This document shows, piece by piece, positions 60,352 to 64,000 of a stretch of 64,000 nucleotides of DNA. Numbering within the stretch: the first letter of the stretch is position 1; each line of letters starts with the position of its first letter. Position numbers and translations under genes: made by a program. The notes under the pieces are model-generated. The model worked only from the letters and a program-made list of their open reading frames with translations. It had not been told where the DNA came from and made no database searches. Source of the stretch: Podarcis muralis (Eukaryota); contig NC_135667.1 of NCBI RefSeq assembly GCF_964188315.1, forward strand, positions 25,854,001 through 25,918,000, given 5' to 3'.

Positions 60352-63300
60352 TCCATCCCCCCCTCGAAGCCCCCCACTCCCCCTTCCCCTCCTTCCGGTG
60401 CTGGAGCTGGGTGCTGCTGTGTCAAGGGGACGAATGTCGGGTACCGTTCGCTTCCCGTAGCGGGCCTCCATCCGAAGTCTTCCGGTTCTTCCTCCCTGCT
60501 CTCGTCGACGACGGTCACCTCTGCTTCCATCTCTGTGCCGCCGTGCTCGAAACCTGGGTCGCCCCCGAAAACGTCCATGTCCGTCTCTCCCTCACTTCCT
60601 CCTGGCGGCGTTGCTCGTCCTGGACCTTCTTGCCACTTCCTGCGCCACTGCTCCTCTGGTCTGTCGTCCCACCAATACGAGGGTTCTGAGGCAGATCCCG
60701 AGGGTGACCCCTCCGGGGAACGGACGTCTCGTGTCGGGTCCTCGTCCGAGTCGAACCCCCGGAACGTGCTGGCCGAAAGCGTGGGCGTGAAAAGCCAGTC
60801 GTCGAAAAAGTCTGCTGGCATCGGTCTATGTGGGAAGAGGGCATGAAACTCGTCTTTGAGCAGAGGTTCGTCCAAGGCGTAGCCCGGCACCCAGCTCTTC
60901 GTACTGGCCGGGGTGCCCTCCTTGGCGAGAAAGTATTCTACCCCTTCTTCCCCCCATCTGGAATCCAAAATTTCTGTGACTTCGTTGATGCGCTCCTTCT
61001 GTGCCACTCCTGCGTGCCCTGTTCTGTCTCTGACCGGACTCGGCGCCGTTCCGGGTTCCTGAAACCTGTGCGGTGCCTTGTAGGGAGTGAGCACCGATCT
61101 GTGGAACACCGGATGCATTCTGGAACCCTCCGGAAGCGCCAGCCTGAAGGCCACCGGGTTGACCTGCTCTTCGACTTGATAGGGCCCCAGTTGCTTATGC
61201 CCTAGTTTCTTCTTGGCCAACGACCTGGCCGGCACTGCGTGGGCTGCTAACCAGACCCAGTCTCCCACGTGGAGCTCTTCGCCAACCCTTCTGCGTTTGT
61301 CCGCTTGTACCTTGTATGCGTGCTTGGCCAGCTCCAGGTGGCGCCTCAGCTGATCGTGGACTTCCTGCAGTTCCGATGCGAACGCATCTGCCGTCTGCGG
61401 CTCCCCCTCCCCCAGCCTTTCCAGTCCCGGGAAGGTTCTGGGGTGCCTCCCGTTGTTGGCGAAGAACGGCGTGACCCCCGTGGACACGTGCTTCGTGTTG
61501 TTGTAGGCGAACTCGGCGAGCGGCAGGTAATCCACCCACGTCGCAGGCTGTTGATTTGCATAACACCTCAAGTACTGCTGCATGATGGCATTGACCCGCT
61601 CCGCTTGCCCGTTGGTCTGCGGGTGTCTCGCCGACGCCAGGTTGATCTTGACGTTCAGGAAGCCCATCAGCCTCTGCCAGAAATTCGAGATGAACTGCCG
61701 CCCCCGGTCGGACAGAATAGACCGTGGCAGACCGTGAACCTTGAACACGTGGTCTATGAACAGTTTGGCGGTTTGTTCCGCCGTGGCCACCTTCGCACAC
61801 GGAATGAAATGTGCCATCTTGGAGAACAAGTCCACCACCACCAGCACTGCCGTCTTGCCCCTCGAGCTGGGCAGATCCGTGACAAAGTCCAGGGCCACTC
61901 TCTCCCAAGGTTCGACCGGAGTTTGCAGCGGTTCCAACAGTCCGGCCGGCGGTCTAAGCACTGGCTTCGCCCTCTGGCAGGTGTCACACCTCGCCACGTA
62001 GTCCGCGACCTCCCCTCTCATTCCAGGCCACCAGAAATCCCTGGCGACTAATTCCACCGTCTTCTCCTTGCCGAAGTGCCCTGCAGTGGGCGCGTCGTGC
62101 AGCTGCTGCAGCACCTTGGCGCGAAGTTCGTCTCCCGGCACGTAGATGGCCCCTTTACGGATGAGCAATCCATCTCTTAGCTGGAAACCGTCGGCCGCTG
62201 CCTTGCCCCTTTGCACCTCTGCCATCTTTGCTTGCGCGAAGGAGTCCCCCTGCAACGCTCGTCGCACCGCCTCCAGATCCACGGTTGCCGCGGCGCACGC
62301 CCACACTGTTGGTGCGAAGATGTGCATGGCGGCCGCTGGCGTTGCGTCCTCCAGATACTGTGGCTTGCGAGAGAGAGCGTCCGCCATGATGTTGGTGTCC
62401 CCCGGGACATACTCTATTCGGAAGTCGAAGTTCGCAAAGAACTCAGCCCAACGTATCTGCCTTTGGTTCAGGAACTGTGCCGTGCGCCAGTGCTCTAGGT
62501 TCTTGTGGTCCGTGCAAACCTGCACCGTGTGCTTGGCGCCGATCAGAAAGTGCCTCCACGCCTTGAACGCTGCATGAATGGCCAGCAACTCCCTGTCCCA
62601 TATGGTGTAGTTCTGCTCGGACTTGCTGAGCTTCCTGGAGTAAAACGCTCCCGGTCGCCACACCCCCTGCGGGTCTTTCTGCAGCAGGACCGCCCCCACG
62701 GCTCTGTCCGAGGCGTCTGTCTCCACCCTCATCGGCTTGCTGGGGTTGACATGAAGCAGCTGCTCTTCCGACGCGAAGAGACGCTTGAGTGCCTGAAAGG
62801 ACTGTTCCGCCTGCTCTGTCCAAATAAACTTCTTTTTCTTGGAGCTAAGCGTGTCAGTGATGGCCGCCGTCTGCATAGCGAAGCCCTTGATAAACTTGCG
62901 ATAGAAGTTCGCAAAGCCGACAAACCGTTGGACCTCCTTCCGGTTGCGCGGGCTCTTCCAATCCAACACCGCTCGAACCTTGGCGCTGTCCATGGCGAGC
63001 CCCTTGTCAGACAGCTTGTAGCCCAGAAAACCCACCTCCGTCACGTCAAATTGGCACTTCTCCAGCTTGGCGTAGAGCCTATGTTGCTTTAGCCTGTTCA
63101 GCACTTCCTTGACGTGTTTGTCATGCTCCTGTTGCGACTCCGAAAAGATCAGGATGTCATCTAAGAAACAGACGCATGTCTTGTAGAGAAGTCCCGCCAA
63201 CACGTGATGCATGAATGCTTGAAAAACGTGGGAGCCATTTTGCAATCCAAAAGGCATAACTCTATATTCGTAGGTCCCCAGTGGCGTGAACATGGCTGTT

Positions 63301-64000
63301 TTCCACTCATCTCCCTCCCGCATGCGAATGAGGTTGTACGCCCCTCGCAGGTCCAACTTGGTGAACACTCTGCCCTTCCGCACCTTTGCGAGGAGGTCGT
63401 CAATTCGGGGCATGGGGAAGTCCGACGGCTTAGTCACACTGTTCAAGATCCTGTAATCCACTACGAGTCTCTTTTGGGGCGTATCCCGCTTCTTAACGAA
63501 GAACACCGGGCTGCCTCCCGCCGCCTCGGACTCTCGGATGAAACCGCGCTCCAAATTATGATCTATGAACTCTTTGAGTTCTTGCAGTTCGTCCTCTGAC
63601 ATGGAATACAGTCTCCCCTTAGGCAGCGCCGCCCCTGGCAGCAGGTCAATCTTGCAGTCATATGGCCTGTGAGGGGGTAGCCTGTCTGCCTCCTTCTCGC
63701 AGAAAACTTCCAAAAATTCTGCGTACTTGTGGGGAATCGCTTGCAGCGTGCCTAGCAGCAGCTGTGACTCTTCTTCCTCTCCTTCCTGCCTGGGCACGAT
63801 GCAGTGTTCAGCACAAAAGGAAGAGCCGAAGGTCAGCTGCCTCTGGTACCAAGCCAGCGTTGGGCTGTGCTTGTCCAGCCAACTCATGCCCAACACAATG
63901 GGCGTGTCCGACAATTGAGTGACGTTGAAGCTGATGACTTCTTTGTGATTCCCAAGTCGCATCACCATTGGTGGCGTCTGCTGCACCACTTGCCCCCCTA
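59721..64000 (-). CDS. Pol polyprotein (protease end, RT, RNase H, integrase, chromodomain, long acidic tail); open to the window edge
   Basis: LVVDYR, KLDLRGAY, MPFGL, FLDDILI; TDASD, RELLA, TDHKNL, ADALSR; HDAPTAGH..CDTC, LDFV, SDRG, ERVN; chromodomain EVTEILDSR..EFHALFP. Confidence 0.95.
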   Translation of the reverse strand, partial: GGQVVQQTPPMVMRLGNHKEVISFNVTQLSDTPIVLGMSWLDKHSPTLAWYQRQLTFGSSFCAEHCIVPRQEGEEEESQLLLGTLQAIPHKYAEFLEVFCEKEADRLPPHRPYDCKIDLLPGAALPKGRLYSMSEDELQELKEFIDHNLERGFIRESEAAGGSPVFFVKKRDTPQKRLVVDYRILNSVTKPSDFPMPRIDDLLAKVRKGRVFTKLDLRGAYNLIRMREGDEWKTAMFTPLGTYEYRVMPFGLQNGSHVFQAFMHHVLAGLLYKTCVCFLDDILIFSESQQEHDKHVKEVLNRLKQHRLYAKLEKCQFDVTEVGFLGYKLSDKGLAMDSAKVRAVLDWKSPRNRKEVQRFVGFANFYRKFIKGFAMQTAAITDTLSSKKKKFIWTEQAEQSFQALKRLFASEEQLLHVNPSKPMRVETDASDRAVGAVLLQKDPQGVWRPGAFYSRKLSKSEQNYTIWDRELLAIHAAFKAWRHFLIGAKHTVQVCTDHKNLEHWRTAQFLNQRQIRWAEFFANFDFRIEYVPGDTNIMADALSRKPQYLEDATPAAAMHIFAPTVWACAAATVDLEAVRRALQGDSFAQAKMAEVQRGKAAADGFQLRDGLLIRKGAIYVPGDELRAKVLQQLHDAPTAGHFGKEKTVELVARDFWWPGMRGEVADYVARCDTCQRAKPVLRPPAGLLEPLQTPVEPWERVALDFVTDLPSSRGKTAVLVVVDLFSKMAHFIPCAKVATAEQTAKLFIDHVFKVHGLPRSILSDRGRQFISNFWQRLMGFLNVKINLASARHPQTNGQAERVNAIMQQYLRCYANQQPATWVDYLPLAEFAYNNTKHVSTGVTPFFANNGRHPRTFPGLERLGEGEPQTADAFASELQEVHDQLRRHLELAKHAYKVQADKRRRVGEELHVGDWVWLAAHAVPARSLAKKKLGHKQLGPYQVEEQVNPVAFRLALPEGSRMHPVFHRSVLTPYKAPHRFQEPGTAPSPVRDRTGHAGVAQKERINEVTEILDSRWGEEGVEYFLAKEGTPASTKSWVPGYALDEPLLKDEFHALFPHRPMPADFFDDWLFTPTLSASTFRGFDSDEDPTRDVRSPEGSPSGSASEPSYWWDDRPEEQWRRKWQEGPGRATPPGGSEGETDMDVFGGDPGFEHGGTEMEAEVTVVDESREEEPEDFGWRPATGSERYPTFVPLTQQHPAPAPEGGEGGVGGFEGGMDVRGSGAEARAREETESEGEEAEEKMSDDDDPRSPSLSSESEDSQKGAPVAKARGEFRGAPQEDRARGDSEESSWRSGPASPPENREEEGSQGASAGSSQQEGGHESGVATPPSGSEETVRRKVEGWACAPSSNAQEGGAVGSPEREPGPKARRKETGGSGGSASEESRKEETQGGRGTQRRTVRRKRWSRARILSWCTRGGDSDGASPI

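Larger units (their letters stand above)
59596..64000 (-). mobile_element. Ty3/Gypsy chromovirus (Sushi-like), 3' 4.4 kb; 5' part outside the window
   Basis: pol ORF, PPT at 60352-60365 and complete 3' LTR. Confidence 0.95.

Noticed and set aside
59890-60846. 318-aa Ser/Pro-rich plus-strand ORF and other ORFs across 60-64 kb
   Set aside because: Antisense or alternative-frame shadows of the GC-rich pol ORF.

Overview
Squamate genomic DNA, most likely a lacertid lizard (three Sauria/POM-type SINEs, lizard-type L2 and CR1 tails). The window is a chemoreceptor cluster. It holds five complete single-exon olfactory receptor ORFs plus one cut by the window edge (two OR11A-like on -, four OR12D-like on +). 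These are interleaved with one intact six-exon vomeronasal type-2 receptor gene (-, 41906 to 26351, 870 aa by my exon assembly) and two V2R pseudogene fragments. The most notable feature is a 7.3-kb tyrosine-recombinase retrotransposon (Ngaro-like, 27760-35061) in V2R intron 5, with four open ORFs: Gag-like with CCCH finger, RT/RNase H, tyrosine recombinase and SGNH hydrolase. The ATG-less SGNH ORF is in frame with the recombinase behind a TGA-CTAG readthrough-type stop. It is also preceded by a phase-1 splice acceptor that matches two phase-1 donors in Gag. The element lacks the split direct repeats expected of Ngaro and instead has TTG...CAA imperfect inverted ends. Three related relics are present (15338, 24908, ~51600). 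The window ends inside a Gypsy chromovirus whose pol ORF runs about 210 codons into its own 3' LTR. The rest is L2, CR1 and Rex1/Babar fragments, MITEs, solo LTRs and microsatellites. All calls were read by eye; no database search was run.
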